From: a virus
IMG/VR virus record: IMGVR_UViG_3300009103_002144
Coordinates: 1 to 64,000 of that record
Length of the DNA stretch: 64,000 nt
Reading direction: 5' to 3' (one strand)
Within the stretch, counting starts at the first letter, position 1. Each line of letters opens with the position of its first letter. Shown piece after piece: positions 1 through 10,044 of this stretch. The position numbers and the translations under genes were made by a program. Under the pieces are notes generated by a model that saw nothing but the letters and a program-made list of their open reading frames with translations, was not told where the DNA came from and ran no database searches.

Positions 1-275
1 ATCTCATCAAAGTCTCCAGTGGGGATGGAGCCAGTGACGGCACCCCCACCTTGAACTCCATTTTCAGTAAATCCAATTCTAATTTCTGCAGAAGCGTTAC
101 TGGCATCTAATCCCCTAACTTCGAACCATCTAGTTACTCTTGGGAAACTAATCTGTACTACTTCTCCACCAGAATTCGTTAATTCAGCACCATTTGAAGA
201 GGTGACGAACGGTAACCCGCTACGCTGATACTCGCCGACCATACCAAGGCCGGGTCGAGGCCATGTGTTACTCAT
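1..275 (-). CDS. Probable virion protein, 5' part only (runs off window start)
   Basis: Not in the ORF track. Read manually: ATG at 275 overlaps the protease stop; open frame MSNTWPRPGLGMVGEYQRSGLPFVTSSNGAEL...ISFPRVTRWFEV...IRIGFTENGV...VTGSIP continues to position 1. Confidence 0.7.
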   Translation of the reverse strand, partial: MSNTWPRPGLGMVGEYQRSGLPFVTSSNGAELTNSGGEVVQISFPRVTRWFEVRGLDASNASAEIRIGFTENGVQGGGAVTGSIPTGDFDE

Positions 276-894
276 CTTGCTCTCCTTCCCAATCTAATAC
301 TTCGTTGAATAATCTGTGGATTCTGTCTGTCTTATTGAAAACCTTGTTAAGATCTCCCTCTCGAATTCTACCTTCACGCATCATAAATGCACCGGGGGTG
401 GAGGGCTCTGAAACAAAGTCCCAGCAAATAAGCTGGAAATCATCTTGAACAACATCTGTATCACCCTGCCTTTTTGTAGATCCCACCCCTCTAGATGAAA
501 TGCCTAACGTCACGCCAGACTCCACAAGACTTTGTAAAATCTTTCCTGAAGGTGTGTCTAATAGCTCAACGATACCATAACAAACATCGCCATCCATGTA
601 CGCTTCTCTAACAATATGAGATGCATTTTTAAGCTCAACTACAGAACTGTCGGGATGATCACACTCACCGAGGGCCCGGTTCTCTGCAATAAACTTCTGA
701 TAATTTCTTATTTCTCTTTCGAGAATAGCTCTTGGATATACTCTGCCATTTTGATTTAAGGTATCAGATTTCTGTAGGACTCCCTTCATAAGAAGCTTCC
801 CACCGTTCTGGGCCTTTGATTCTTCAATCATTTCTTTCGAATAATTCCAGGGAGTCCACTCTGTCAATAACTTAAGGTCTGCCATTTGACTCAT
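268..894 (-). CDS. gp21: Prohead core protease (T4 gp21-like)
   Basis: Motifs NQNGRVYP, ALGECDHP, LLDTPSGKI, LGISSRGVGS, DFVSEPSTPGA typical of T4-type prohead proteases; downstream of portal. Confidence 0.93.
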   Translation of the reverse strand: MSQMADLKLLTEWTPWNYSKEMIEESKAQNGGKLLMKGVLQKSDTLNQNGRVYPRAILEREIRNYQKFIAENRALGECDHPDSSVVELKNASHIVREAYMDGDVCYGIVELLDTPSGKILQSLVESGVTLGISSRGVGSTKRQGDTDVVQDDFQLICWDFVSEPSTPGAFMMREGRIREGDLNKVFNKTDRIHRLFNEVLDWEGEQDE

Positions 895-1729
895 CTCCTG
901 TGGTAAGCTCTTCAGTAAGCTTCATTAATGTTAAATATTTTGATATAGAATCATCGTCAAATTTCTCTACATCGAGGGTTTGAACCGCGCCTTTAACTTC
1001 GTCAAGTTGATTCGTTAATATTTTGTTTTCACACATTAAGGAATACTCACTAAGAGAATTAAGAGTGCTATTTTTAATTGAAGCCAACTTAGATCGAAAG
1101 GCGTCGCTATCATTCTCTGAAAAAACATACTCTCTCAAAAGATCGATTTGATCTTGCGAAAAGGAAGAGCCAAATTTTTCTTCTATTTTCTTATGCATAA
1201 TCTCCACAACAAGACGATTCGCTTGAGGCGTCTTAAGATCCGCAAGGTCCCTGTTGTTCTTTTCTTTCAAAAGGTATGAATGTAATTCTCCCTCAAAGCG
1301 ACTGGCCACAACAATGTCAGGTGTAGGTGACCTCCATTGAGAAAGAAGAGTTTGCACGGTGGCAAACTCCTTATAGTCTTCAACACGCCTATTATAAAAG
1401 GAACTCTCTCCCAATACGTAATTGATGTCTTTAATTAAGGAAGACTTTTGTTGCGTTAAAACCTTAATATCTAGATTTCTAGCCGCTGTTTTTGCCTCAG
1501 TGATAATGGAGCTTGCTAATGCAGGTGAGGGGACTTCAGTGATCATCATAGCGCGAAATAATCGAAACTCTTTGAACAGCTCGCTCCCGGGTATGAAGTG
1601 TTTCTGAAGAATGTCAATTGCTTTCTTTGCTTTCTTAACCTTCCCTTCAACTAAGGCTTCGGAAATATATTGAGATAATTGCGCAAAAATCAGGCCAACA
1701 TTTCTTTTTTTATTATGTTTAACTTTCAT
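872..1729 (-). CDS. Hypothetical protein between portal and protease (possible prohead core/scaffold-related)
   Basis: 285 aa, helical, MKVKHNKKRN N-terminus; overlaps both neighbours; function inferred from position only. Confidence 0.55.
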   Translation of the reverse strand: MKVKHNKKRNVGLIFAQLSQYISEALVEGKVKKAKKAIDILQKHFIPGSELFKEFRLFRAMMITEVPSPALASSIITEAKTAARNLDIKVLTQQKSSLIKDINYVLGESSFYNRRVEDYKEFATVQTLLSQWRSPTPDIVVASRFEGELHSYLLKEKNNRDLADLKTPQANRLVVEIMHKKIEEKFGSSFSQDQIDLLREYVFSENDSDAFRSKLASIKNSTLNSLSEYSLMCENKILTNQLDEVKGAVQTLDVEKFDDDSISKYLTLMKLTEELTTGDESNGRP

Positions 1730-3671
1730 CTATGTCTCCGGCATCGTATTCATCGAGGTCGAAATTGTCTTCCTCACTTAAATCCGCTTCAGATAGAAGC
1801 ACTCCGCCTTCAGGAGTAAGGATTGAAGATAATGATCTGAATGTACCCCTTAGTTCTGGTGTTATTACCGGTCGTACACCGGTGTTTCTCTTATAACTAT
1901 CTTGTTCTTCCCATTCTGTTCCCTCAAATTGAGTTCGAAGATAATCATCTCCAAATGGTTTTCTCATAGAGTCCTGTGGTCGCTTATGGGTGACCATCGA
2001 TCTAAAATCTGGCATGTGCGTCTTCAGAGGTCCTCCCGAGGACTTCCTACTTCTTTGTTGAACTGCAGACTGCGCCTTTATCGGAGCATCAGGATCATTG
2101 ATAGAGAGATTGGATATATCGATTATATCGTCTTCTTCGTCTTCATCATCATCAGGTCTAATCTTGTCTCCGTCGGCAGGCAGTGCTGTCAGGAGCTGAC
2201 CATCTTCAGGAATATCTGCCGAGAATAGGCCACCTCCACCCTCATCACCGCCACCGCCGCCCTCTTCACCGCCTTCTTCAGCACCAGCATTTTCAACTTC
2301 ACCATCCTCGATCTTGTCCTTCATCTTACCTTCGTGAATTTCTTCTATCACCTTATCAGTAAGCCCAAGTACATTCTTCTGTACCCATCGACGATCGAGC
2401 ATACCTTCAGGAACCTTACCAGCAATATCAAAACGCTGGGAGATTAATTCGAGCTTCTGCATTTGGGCAACAGACGAAGGATTAGAAAGCTTTAGCTCAA
2501 AATCTATAAGATCTTCAGCATCATACCCATGAACGTAGAGGTGGATCATTGCAATTTTATTTAATTCAGCAATAACGGTCTTTTGTATTCTCTGAATCGT
2601 TCTGCTAAAACGAATATCTTCCTGTGCGAGAGTTGCCTTTGCTCCAATCTCTTCATCATAACCCAAATAAGCTCGAGGTATTTTTAGGGCAGCAAAAAGC
2701 TTCTTCTGAATATATTCGACGTCTTCAATCGCAGCTGTGTTTTGGCCACCAGCAAGAGTGTCAATCTTCGTTCCCGAATCACCACCTCTAACAGGAATGA
2801 AATAATCTTCATCAACCGAAAGAGGGTTGTACCTTAAGTCAACTTTTCCGTTTGATCGATCAACAACTGGCGCCCTTTTAAGGGTTGTGGTCGCTTGCTC
2901 AAGATAGTCGGAAACATCTTCAGGCGCGACATTGCCCACATCGATATAGAACACTCGACGCTCAGGCGCTCTAATGACACGATAAACCAGCATTGCATCT
3001 TCAATTAAAATTAATTGGCGCCAAATCCTTCTAGCTGACTCAAGCACTGATGAGCCATACGGCAAAAATGCGTCATTGCCCAAGAGTCTAAAATGAGATA
3101 TCTGCCAATTTTCTAAAACAGTATTTCCTTGTGTGATCCACCGAAATCGTACAGCACCTGGATTCTCAGGGTCAAATCCTTCTTCTCTCTCCATTTCGGA
3201 AATTGGAATAGGATAAGCATTCACAATACCGAACTTGGGGTCCACATCGTTAAAAAGAAAAAAGTCTCCGTATTTACAGAGATTTCTTACCCACATCACG
3301 AGGTTAAACTCAACATTCAATGTGTCATAAAAAAGTGTCTCTAGTAATTCTTTCTTAAGTTCATCTTCACAAAAAATATGGAGAACCTTTCCATGCTCAT
3401 CAGGACTTACAGTTTCTTCAGCGTAGATATCTAGTGCTGAAGCAATCTCAGGTGTAGCTTCCATCTCTGCGAAATCAGAGTAGCGAGACATCCTGTCAAA
3501 TGAACCATAAGCGCTAAGTGTATTGTTATAAACATCATTATGAGAGCGCTTAAAGACTTCCGCTGCAGAGGTCGAAAGACCAGGAACATTTTGACGAACT
3601 CTTCTTTTAACTACTGGTCCTGAACGAAAAAGCTTTGTTAATCGTTGAAAGATATTTCCTTTACTTGCCAT
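1719..3671 (-). CDS. gp20: Portal vertex protein (T4 gp20-like)
   Basis: PEIASALDIYAEE, RQLILIEDAMLVYRVIRAPERRVFYIDVGN, EDYFIPVRG, IDTLAGGQN, DVEYIQKKLFAALKIP; directly downstream of terminase. Confidence 0.95.
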   Translation of the reverse strand: MASKGNIFQRLTKLFRSGPVVKRRVRQNVPGLSTSAAEVFKRSHNDVYNNTLSAYGSFDRMSRYSDFAEMEATPEIASALDIYAEETVSPDEHGKVLHIFCEDELKKELLETLFYDTLNVEFNLVMWVRNLCKYGDFFLFNDVDPKFGIVNAYPIPISEMEREEGFDPENPGAVRFRWITQGNTVLENWQISHFRLLGNDAFLPYGSSVLESARRIWRQLILIEDAMLVYRVIRAPERRVFYIDVGNVAPEDVSDYLEQATTTLKRAPVVDRSNGKVDLRYNPLSVDEDYFIPVRGGDSGTKIDTLAGGQNTAAIEDVEYIQKKLFAALKIPRAYLGYDEEIGAKATLAQEDIRFSRTIQRIQKTVIAELNKIAMIHLYVHGYDAEDLIDFELKLSNPSSVAQMQKLELISQRFDIAGKVPEGMLDRRWVQKNVLGLTDKVIEEIHEGKMKDKIEDGEVENAGAEEGGEEGGGGGDEGGGGLFSADIPEDGQLLTALPADGDKIRPDDDEDEEDDIIDISNLSINDPDAPIKAQSAVQQRSRKSSGGPLKTHMPDFRSMVTHKRPQDSMRKPFGDDYLRTQFEGTEWEEQDSYKRNTGVRPVITPELRGTFRSLSSILTPEGGVLLSEADLSEEDNFDLDEYDAGDIDES

Positions 3672-3698
3672 CTAATTCCTCACCAACCATTATAAGGG

Positions 3699-5294
3699 TT
3701 ACAGAAGCCACTTAAAATCCGCAGACCCCGACAATGCGGGGTGATCCTCGCCCATGGAGACAGGCATACCTCTTGCAGTAAGTATACCAACCTGCTGATT
3801 AAAGGGTGACATATTCTTATGCTTTGGCTCGCTGCGTTTGTTTAAAGCGAACCCTGCTAACATCGCGGCGTTCATATCAACCTTCTTAACCTGCTTCTTT
3901 CCTTTTGCCTCATAAAGCCAAACTCCGATTGCAAGTGACATAACAAGATCATCATTTTTCCCTCTTTGAGCTTGAGCTTTATTGTTGTTCCAAATGAACG
4001 TCTTGAGCTCGCTAATAAGTCTAGAAGAATAAACAGATATCTTATCATTTCTTATCACTTCTTCTAATTTTGTAAGGATCTGTGGTCGACTGTTCCCTTG
4101 TGTAGCGAAGCCGGCTTTGCCTATAGAGCCGTCACCATACAGCGCATTGAACTTATCTTTTTCTTTCTTAAAGTAGATGTTTCTGCACCCTAGCTCTTTT
4201 AACTTCATCAAGACGGCGTAGCCGTATGTATTATTCTCAGGACATATTAGCGCATCTGCATATCTCTTCGAAGCTTCCACCAACAAATAAGCTAGCTGGT
4301 CTGGAGGTACTTTGCCCTTAAACTCTACCACAACTTCAGACACTGTTGTATCTATAACATGAAATGTAGAATAATCATTCCCGTCTCCGCGGGCGACGTC
4401 TGCTGAAATGATATATTGATGATCTGATAATGCGTATTTCCAGACCCATACGTTGTTTTCAGGACCCCACTTCTCCAGTGGTGTTCTTACCTGCATTCGT
4501 AATTTCTCAATATCTTCAGTCGCAAGGAAGGTCTCACCTGATGCCTGAAAGTCGCATAAAAGCTCTTGAGCGATTTGCTGTTTATTCAGGTTCTTTGCTT
4601 CATTCTCAAACCACTCATCACCACGCTCGGGGTGGACATCCCATGGGAGCTTTATTGCATTGAACTCATTTTCACCGTTAACGGCATTGTGGTAGATGTC
4701 GTAATATTGCCCACCTGTTCCATTAGGTGTACTCACAACTATCGCTCGACCACCAGTCGAAAGAGTTGGGTATAGCCCTTTCCAGAGCTCATCAAAATTA
4801 CGAATGAATGCAGCCTCGTCAACTATTAGTAGACTCAAAGCCTCAGAACGTCCAGCGTCATCTGATGTTGGGACAGCTTTTATTGCCGACCCATTCGAAA
4901 ACTCTATAGCCTGTGTATTCTTTGCAGTTATTTCTGTAATCCACATCCATTTAGGGATACCAGACAAAGCGATCTTAACTTTCTTAATGAAGTTCTGAGC
5001 GACCGCTAATTTTGTCGCAATAACAAGAATGGTTTTATCTTTTCTAAAAAGTGCCATCCAGACAGCATATGCTGCAGACAAGGTGGAAAGCCCCAGCTGT
5101 CGTGACTTAACGACCACATTGAAGCGATGGTCATTAAAATGCTCTAGACAGTCATCTTGAAATGGAAAAGTATGGAACGGAATTCTTCCCCGGATTGGAT
5201 GCTGAATTTGAACATACCGATTGATAAAATAAGTGGGATCTTTACCACACCTAACAATCTCCGCAACTTGTTTTTGCTTGCTCTGAGGTGGCAT
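3699..5294 (-). CDS. gp17: Terminase large subunit (T4 gp17-like)
   Basis: Walker A KSRQLGLST, Walker B LLIVDEAAF, STPNG motif, nuclease domain ISADVARGDGNDYS and DDLVMSLA. Confidence 0.95.
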   Translation of the reverse strand: MPPQSKQKQVAEIVRCGKDPTYFINRYVQIQHPIRGRIPFHTFPFQDDCLEHFNDHRFNVVVKSRQLGLSTLSAAYAVWMALFRKDKTILVIATKLAVAQNFIKKVKIALSGIPKWMWITEITAKNTQAIEFSNGSAIKAVPTSDDAGRSEALSLLIVDEAAFIRNFDELWKGLYPTLSTGGRAIVVSTPNGTGGQYYDIYHNAVNGENEFNAIKLPWDVHPERGDEWFENEAKNLNKQQIAQELLCDFQASGETFLATEDIEKLRMQVRTPLEKWGPENNVWVWKYALSDHQYIISADVARGDGNDYSTFHVIDTTVSEVVVEFKGKVPPDQLAYLLVEASKRYADALICPENNTYGYAVLMKLKELGCRNIYFKKEKDKFNALYGDGSIGKAGFATQGNSRPQILTKLEEVIRNDKISVYSSRLISELKTFIWNNNKAQAQRGKNDDLVMSLAIGVWLYEAKGKKQVKKVDMNAAMLAGFALNKRSEPKHKNMSPFNQQVGILTARGMPVSMGEDHPALSGSADFKWLL

Positions 5295-5300
5295 AAGACC

Positions 5301-5669
5301 TCAACTGACTTGCAGTCTTAATTGACACCGATAATATGCAATCTTTCTTGGGCTGTTAGAAGTTGCTTGTATTAGCTCAACATCATCATCACGAGACATT
5401 TCCTTAAGCGTTAATGTTTTGCCTGTTACATCTTTAAAGTCTGCTTTGACCTTCTTTAACGCGTCGGTGAAAATTGAATTCGCAATTTCTCGCTCTCTAA
5501 TAACTTGTGGGTTCAGTGAACGTGAGCCATCGAAGTGAACGATCGATTGCATAAGGAGATCTAAGCGATCACCTTCTAAACTGTGGGTCACTTTCATGTT
5601 GCTACTCGATCTGCCCCAGGTCGTATTTAAGACCTCGCCAAGCGCTCTTACTTCTTCTAATGTTAACAT
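5301..5669 (-). CDS. Hypothetical protein
   Basis: 122 aa, GAGGAG SD upstream, first gene after an ATAATTA motif. Confidence 0.7.
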   Translation of the reverse strand: MLTLEEVRALGEVLNTTWGRSSSNMKVTHSLEGDRLDLLMQSIVHFDGSRSLNPQVIREREIANSIFTDALKKVKADFKDVTGKTLTLKEMSRDDDVELIQATSNSPRKIAYYRCQLRLQVS

Positions 5670-5672
5670 GTT

Positions 5673-5927
5673 CTAAAACTCCTCGTTTTTAATTATTTCA
5701 GATTGAGCCAACTTTTCTCTGTGGCTTGAAATATCTTCATCTGTTGGGAAATAACTCTTATCTTTGTGTAGCTTCCGCAATGGTTCTACAAGCGATATCC
5801 AGCACTGAATACAGCACTTGGTCTCTAAATATTGTACAGAATCCCTCATGTCTCTCATCATTAAATCGCAAATAGGGCAATCAAGCGGTACGAAAAAATC
5901 ATGCTCCTGAATATGTGACTCTTGCAT
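5673..5927 (-). CDS. Small Cys-rich (putative zinc-binding) protein
   Basis: 84 aa with CPIC...CCIQC; overlaps the 3' end of the Mre11-Rad50 fusion. Confidence 0.65.
   Translation of the reverse strand: MQESHIQEHDFFVPLDCPICDLMMRDMRDSVQYLETKCCIQCWISLVEPLRKLHKDKSYFPTDEDISSHREKLAQSEIIKNEEF
5690..5696 (-). promoter_or_regulatory. Putative late promoter core (ATAATTA)
   Basis: ATANTTA motif about 20 nt upstream of the gene heading the terminase-portal-protease run. Confidence 0.5.
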
Positions 5928-8900
5928 CCTTTCCTACCTTTTGAATATCTAAAACGTTATCCACAATATCTTTTACTGCGTCAACATGAGAAATAATAAG
6001 GATATTCGTAAAATACTTCTTAAGTGAGATCAAAAGACGGGAACAAGCTTCGATATTCTTGTCATCCAATGCACCGAATCCCTCATCAATTATAAGCACA
6101 TCGCTACGAGGTGCATTACAAATGTTTATTAGTGCGACTCGAAGTGCAAGAGACGCAATCATCTTCTCCATCCCAGATCCGCATTCTATAATTCTCTTTG
6201 AGTCGCCATAGTCTATAAAAATATCCATATTGTTCGAATCGGCATCTGCCTCAAGGGATAACTCAAAATTCACAACACCTTGAAGTATCTTCGTTAACTC
6301 AGAATTAATCTGGGGTAACTGTAATGACAAGATCGTTAACGGGATCCCTTTCTTATCGACTGCTTGGCTAAATGTATTATAGGTTTCCCACCTTGACTTG
6401 ATCGTACCAAATCGATCTTTTTCTTCATTTAGATTATTACATGTCTGTTTTGTAACACTGATTTGCTCTGCAAGATATAACCGGCTACCATCTAACTCGG
6501 AAATACGGTTTTCGATACTTGACAAATCACCTTGCATCTTTATCACTTCTTGATCTTTCTCATCATCCACCGACCGTAAGCGCATTTCACGTAGTAATTC
6601 TTTACCAGCAGTTAGAGAAGTCTTAATCTCCTGATGACTAGACTCAAGTTCTTTCATTTGCAGTTTCATTTCTGAATTTTCTAATTTCAGCTCTTGATCA
6701 CGCTGAAGAATTTGTTCATACTTTTCTAGTTTCTCGCTGATTCCAGCGGACTGTAATTTTTCAAGATTGGACTTGATAGCTCGGAGCTCTTTTCTCGCAG
6801 TCGAAACGACAGCCTTCTGATCCCCCAATTCATTCTCATTCTTCATTGCGTCTTTTACATACTTACAATTGGGAGCATGCGCAGCACAAGAGCACGGTTT
6901 TAGCTTTTTCTGGAGCTTCTTTTTCGACTCAAGTCTTTGTAATTCTAAATTTAGATTTGCTTCTGATAATTCACATTGCTGTTTGAGGTCGCACAAAAGT
7001 GTAGCTTGAGCCCTTAGCTCATCGATCGGGAATTGCTCTCGAATCACTTCAATTTTTTCAAGCCTTTTAGATACTGCATCTCTTTCTGTCGAAAGTGTAA
7101 TGATCTGTTTTTTGAAATTATTTGCTTTTCCCTCTAAAGTATTAAGCTTCTGGACCTGCTCACCAATCTGAACTTTTGTATATTTTCCAGCGGATGGAAG
7201 CGCAGCTAGTTTTATCTTAAGATCATCTCTCTTCTCCTTAAGCTCACCTAGCTCATCCTCTACTTCACTACGCTCATCCATAAAAGACTCGAGAAGATCT
7301 TTTTGCTCATCAACTAAAATGCTCCAATTCTTATCAGGAGCCGATTTCATTTCTCCCCTAAGCTCGGACATCTCGTTCTTCGCAATCTTAAGCATGTCAT
7401 CAAACATCTGCAGGTCTAGAAATCTTGTTAAGATGGCTTTCCGTCGAGTGGAGCCCTCTCTAATAAAAGCATTCATTTCACCCTGAGATGCAAATGACGT
7501 CATTAGAAAATCATCAACACTACCCACAAGAGTTCTTAGTACTTTCTCCGTTTCTCTTCTTTGTTCGCCCGTATTATCCTCGATGGGTTCCCCGGACTCA
7601 TCAATCTTAAAGAGGTTCAGGTTTGTGGGTGCTGACACTGAACCTTTTCTACTCACCCTCTTTATTGTCTGTCGATCTGCTCTATACATCTCACCACCAA
7701 CGGAGAAATCTGTTGTTGCTCGACAAAATGTTTTCCTATTATTGATCACATGCAGGTTCTTAAGAACTCCACGGTCAGTGGAGTTAAATAACGAATACAC
7801 TAGTGTACCAGGGATAGAGGATTTTCCAGAACGATTTTTTCCAAAAATTCCTGTTATGCCGCTTAGGGTATCAAAATCGATTACGTTCTCTTCGCCGTAG
7901 CCAAAAGTATTATCGAATGATAGTTTTCTGAGCCTCCACTGATGTGATTTATTTGTGACTTGCTGGACACATCGCTTAAAAATATCTTTATGTAGATGTC
8001 GTAGTTGCTCTCTATCTTCATCTTCCATCTCGAGTTTAGAAACAAAGTCAGTCATCAACATATCTTGTTGTGTGAAACTTCTAAGATCATTTCTACTGAT
8101 CTTCCCAATGGAAGTGGTTATCTCCACTTCCCCGCCAACAATCGATGAAGATTCATTCTTCGACACCACTTCAAATGCGTCAAACTTTTCTTTTAGAGCA
8201 GATTGAAGCTGCCGAAAGTCAAGTTGATTTATTCCCTTGTGCGCAATTCTAAATCTCGAACCAGACCATTCCTCAGGAATCTGGTCAAGCGTCTGAATGA
8301 TGTCTCCCATCCAAGATATTGTACGAAATGCATGAGGGTTGTGGAGCGGGATAAACTTCACACTAAAATCTTTTTTATCTTTAATATCCCAAAATAAAAA
8401 CCCTTTCTCTACATCTTCTCCGTAGTTCTGCTGAATTGGTGATCCTGGATATGCTATAGTGTCTGTCAAAAATTGTCGCTTATGAATGTCTCCAAGTAAT
8501 GCAAAATCGTAATCCTTGAAAAAATCAGCCTTAATACTATCCCCATTTATCTCCCAGTCTTGATCAGTTAATGATCCATTTACGGGCCCATGATATAGGG
8601 CCAGATTGACACCTTCGTTTGGAGGGGTAAGATTAGGCCAAGACTTCACATCGAAGCAACAGAACGTACACCAGTTGTACCCATCGACCCCCGTTGGATA
8701 GACGCCGGTTCCTTTCATCAATAATACACGCGGATTATTTAAGGTTTTAACAATTGGAGTAATCGCATCAAGACGATCTTCATTAAGCATCAACCCATCA
8801 TGGTTTCCTAATATAATGTGAACCGGAGCTATCTCAGCAAGAGATGTCAGCCACCACCGTAGAATTTCAATGAGCTCAGGACTTATCCCCTGAGTCTTTG

Positions 8901-9048
8901 AGTGTACAATATCACCACCCAAGAAAATTACGTCAGGCTTCAATATACGCAGTTTATCGTATGCCTGATTGAAAACTTTTCTATACTCTTCATGTCTTGT
9001 TAGACCTCGAAAATGTATATCCGCAAAATGCGCGCACTTAAAAGACAA
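5899..9048 (-). CDS. Mre11-Rad50 (SbcD-SbcC, T4 gp47-gp46-like) fusion nuclease/ATPase
   Basis: N-terminal phosphoesterase motifs ADIH, GGDIVH, GNHD, YHG, LGDIH; then Walker A GKNRSGKSS, long coiled coil, signature GSGMEK, Walker B IIDEGFGALD, IISH. Confidence 0.92.
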   Translation of the reverse strand: MSFKCAHFADIHFRGLTRHEEYRKVFNQAYDKLRILKPDVIFLGGDIVHSKTQGISPELIEILRWWLTSLAEIAPVHIILGNHDGLMLNEDRLDAITPIVKTLNNPRVLLMKGTGVYPTGVDGYNWCTFCCFDVKSWPNLTPPNEGVNLALYHGPVNGSLTDQDWEINGDSIKADFFKDYDFALLGDIHKRQFLTDTIAYPGSPIQQNYGEDVEKGFLFWDIKDKKDFSVKFIPLHNPHAFRTISWMGDIIQTLDQIPEEWSGSRFRIAHKGINQLDFRQLQSALKEKFDAFEVVSKNESSSIVGGEVEITTSIGKISRNDLRSFTQQDMLMTDFVSKLEMEDEDREQLRHLHKDIFKRCVQQVTNKSHQWRLRKLSFDNTFGYGEENVIDFDTLSGITGIFGKNRSGKSSIPGTLVYSLFNSTDRGVLKNLHVINNRKTFCRATTDFSVGGEMYRADRQTIKRVSRKGSVSAPTNLNLFKIDESGEPIEDNTGEQRRETEKVLRTLVGSVDDFLMTSFASQGEMNAFIREGSTRRKAILTRFLDLQMFDDMLKIAKNEMSELRGEMKSAPDKNWSILVDEQKDLLESFMDERSEVEDELGELKEKRDDLKIKLAALPSAGKYTKVQIGEQVQKLNTLEGKANNFKKQIITLSTERDAVSKRLEKIEVIREQFPIDELRAQATLLCDLKQQCELSEANLNLELQRLESKKKLQKKLKPCSCAAHAPNCKYVKDAMKNENELGDQKAVVSTARKELRAIKSNLEKLQSAGISEKLEKYEQILQRDQELKLENSEMKLQMKELESSHQEIKTSLTAGKELLREMRLRSVDDEKDQEVIKMQGDLSSIENRISELDGSRLYLAEQISVTKQTCNNLNEEKDRFGTIKSRWETYNTFSQAVDKKGIPLTILSLQLPQINSELTKILQGVVNFELSLEADADSNNMDIFIDYGDSKRIIECGSGMEKMIASLALRVALINICNAPRSDVLIIDEGFGALDDKNIEACSRLLISLKKYFTNILIISHVDAVKDIVDNVLDIQKVGKDARVTYSGA

Positions 9049-9060
9049 TATTCAACCCTC

Positions 9061-10044
9061 TCATATTAGCGAACCCGACTTGATAGAACTGATCATACTT
9101 TTCAATCTATCCATCTCTGTCCATGGCTTCGCATCCTCTCTATATTTCTCAAATTCACCAATAGGCATTTCACCTACATCGCTAAAGGGTCGAACGTCTG
9201 CAACCCTTACACCCACATCAAAAGAATTCAAGAGCTTTGCAATATCCTGAGTTTTCTTTTTTGCATCCGGATCTAATGAAAGCAGTACTGGTGTTCTGTT
9301 AGCTACTATACGCTGAAATAAAAAATGTTTTTCTGTTAATGAGCTGCCCAACAAACATGTACAGTTTTGGTTAGCTTTCATCAGATCGAATGGACCCTCT
9401 ACAATCGTAAGCTCATCATCCCAATCGATGTTTATCTCATTAAAGATTATTTCGCTTCGCTTTACTCGAGGGTTCATGTACTTTCTACCCACATCAGGAT
9501 CGATTGCTCGAGCAGTGAAGTAATTAAGAGTTCCATCCGAATCGAATGATGGAATAATAATCCTTCGACGAAATCTACCAGAAGATACGGCGCCGAGTCG
9601 ATAATACCAGAGGTCTCTGTTAGAAAACCCTCGGTTATAAAGATAATTTAAACACGCCTTCAAATCAGGATCTGATCGGTTCGTTAACGTTGCAAGTAAA
9701 GAGAAGTTTTCAGGTAAAGCTACAGGAGGGAGTTCATCTTCCTTTTTTTCTGTAACTTTTTTTTCAAAAATGCCCGATGCCGTATTATAATAATTCGGTT
9801 TATACTTCTTAAAGAAATAAGCTAACCCTTTACCCCGCAAGCCACAAACCCAGCAGTGGAAAAATTCATTATCGACTCTAAGCGTTAGCTTCTTCTTCGT
9901 TTGACTCCCATAAGAAGAACACTTCCCATTCACACAACTCACCGCAACATTCACACCATCTCTATCAAGGATAGAAGTACCGAATGCACGCTGGATCAAA
10001 TTGACCCTTTTTCTTATTAGATGATCATCACTCATTTTGCACAC
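9061..10044 (-). CDS. DNA primase (zinc finger plus TOPRIM)
   Basis: CVNGKC...FHCWVCG zinc-binding domain, RIIIPSFD...YFTAR, TOPRIM VEGPFD and LDPDA. True start may be ATG at 10035. Confidence 0.85.
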   Translation of the reverse strand: MCKMSDDHLIRKRVNLIQRAFGTSILDRDGVNVAVSCVNGKCSSYGSQTKKKLTLRVDNEFFHCWVCGLRGKGLAYFFKKYKPNYYNTASGIFEKKVTEKKEDELPPVALPENFSLLATLTNRSDPDLKACLNYLYNRGFSNRDLWYYRLGAVSSGRFRRRIIIPSFDSDGTLNYFTARAIDPDVGRKYMNPRVKRSEIIFNEINIDWDDELTIVEGPFDLMKANQNCTCLLGSSLTEKHFLFQRIVANRTPVLLSLDPDAKKKTQDIAKLLNSFDVGVRVADVRPFSDVGEMPIGEFEKYREDAKPWTEMDRLKSMISSIKSGSLI

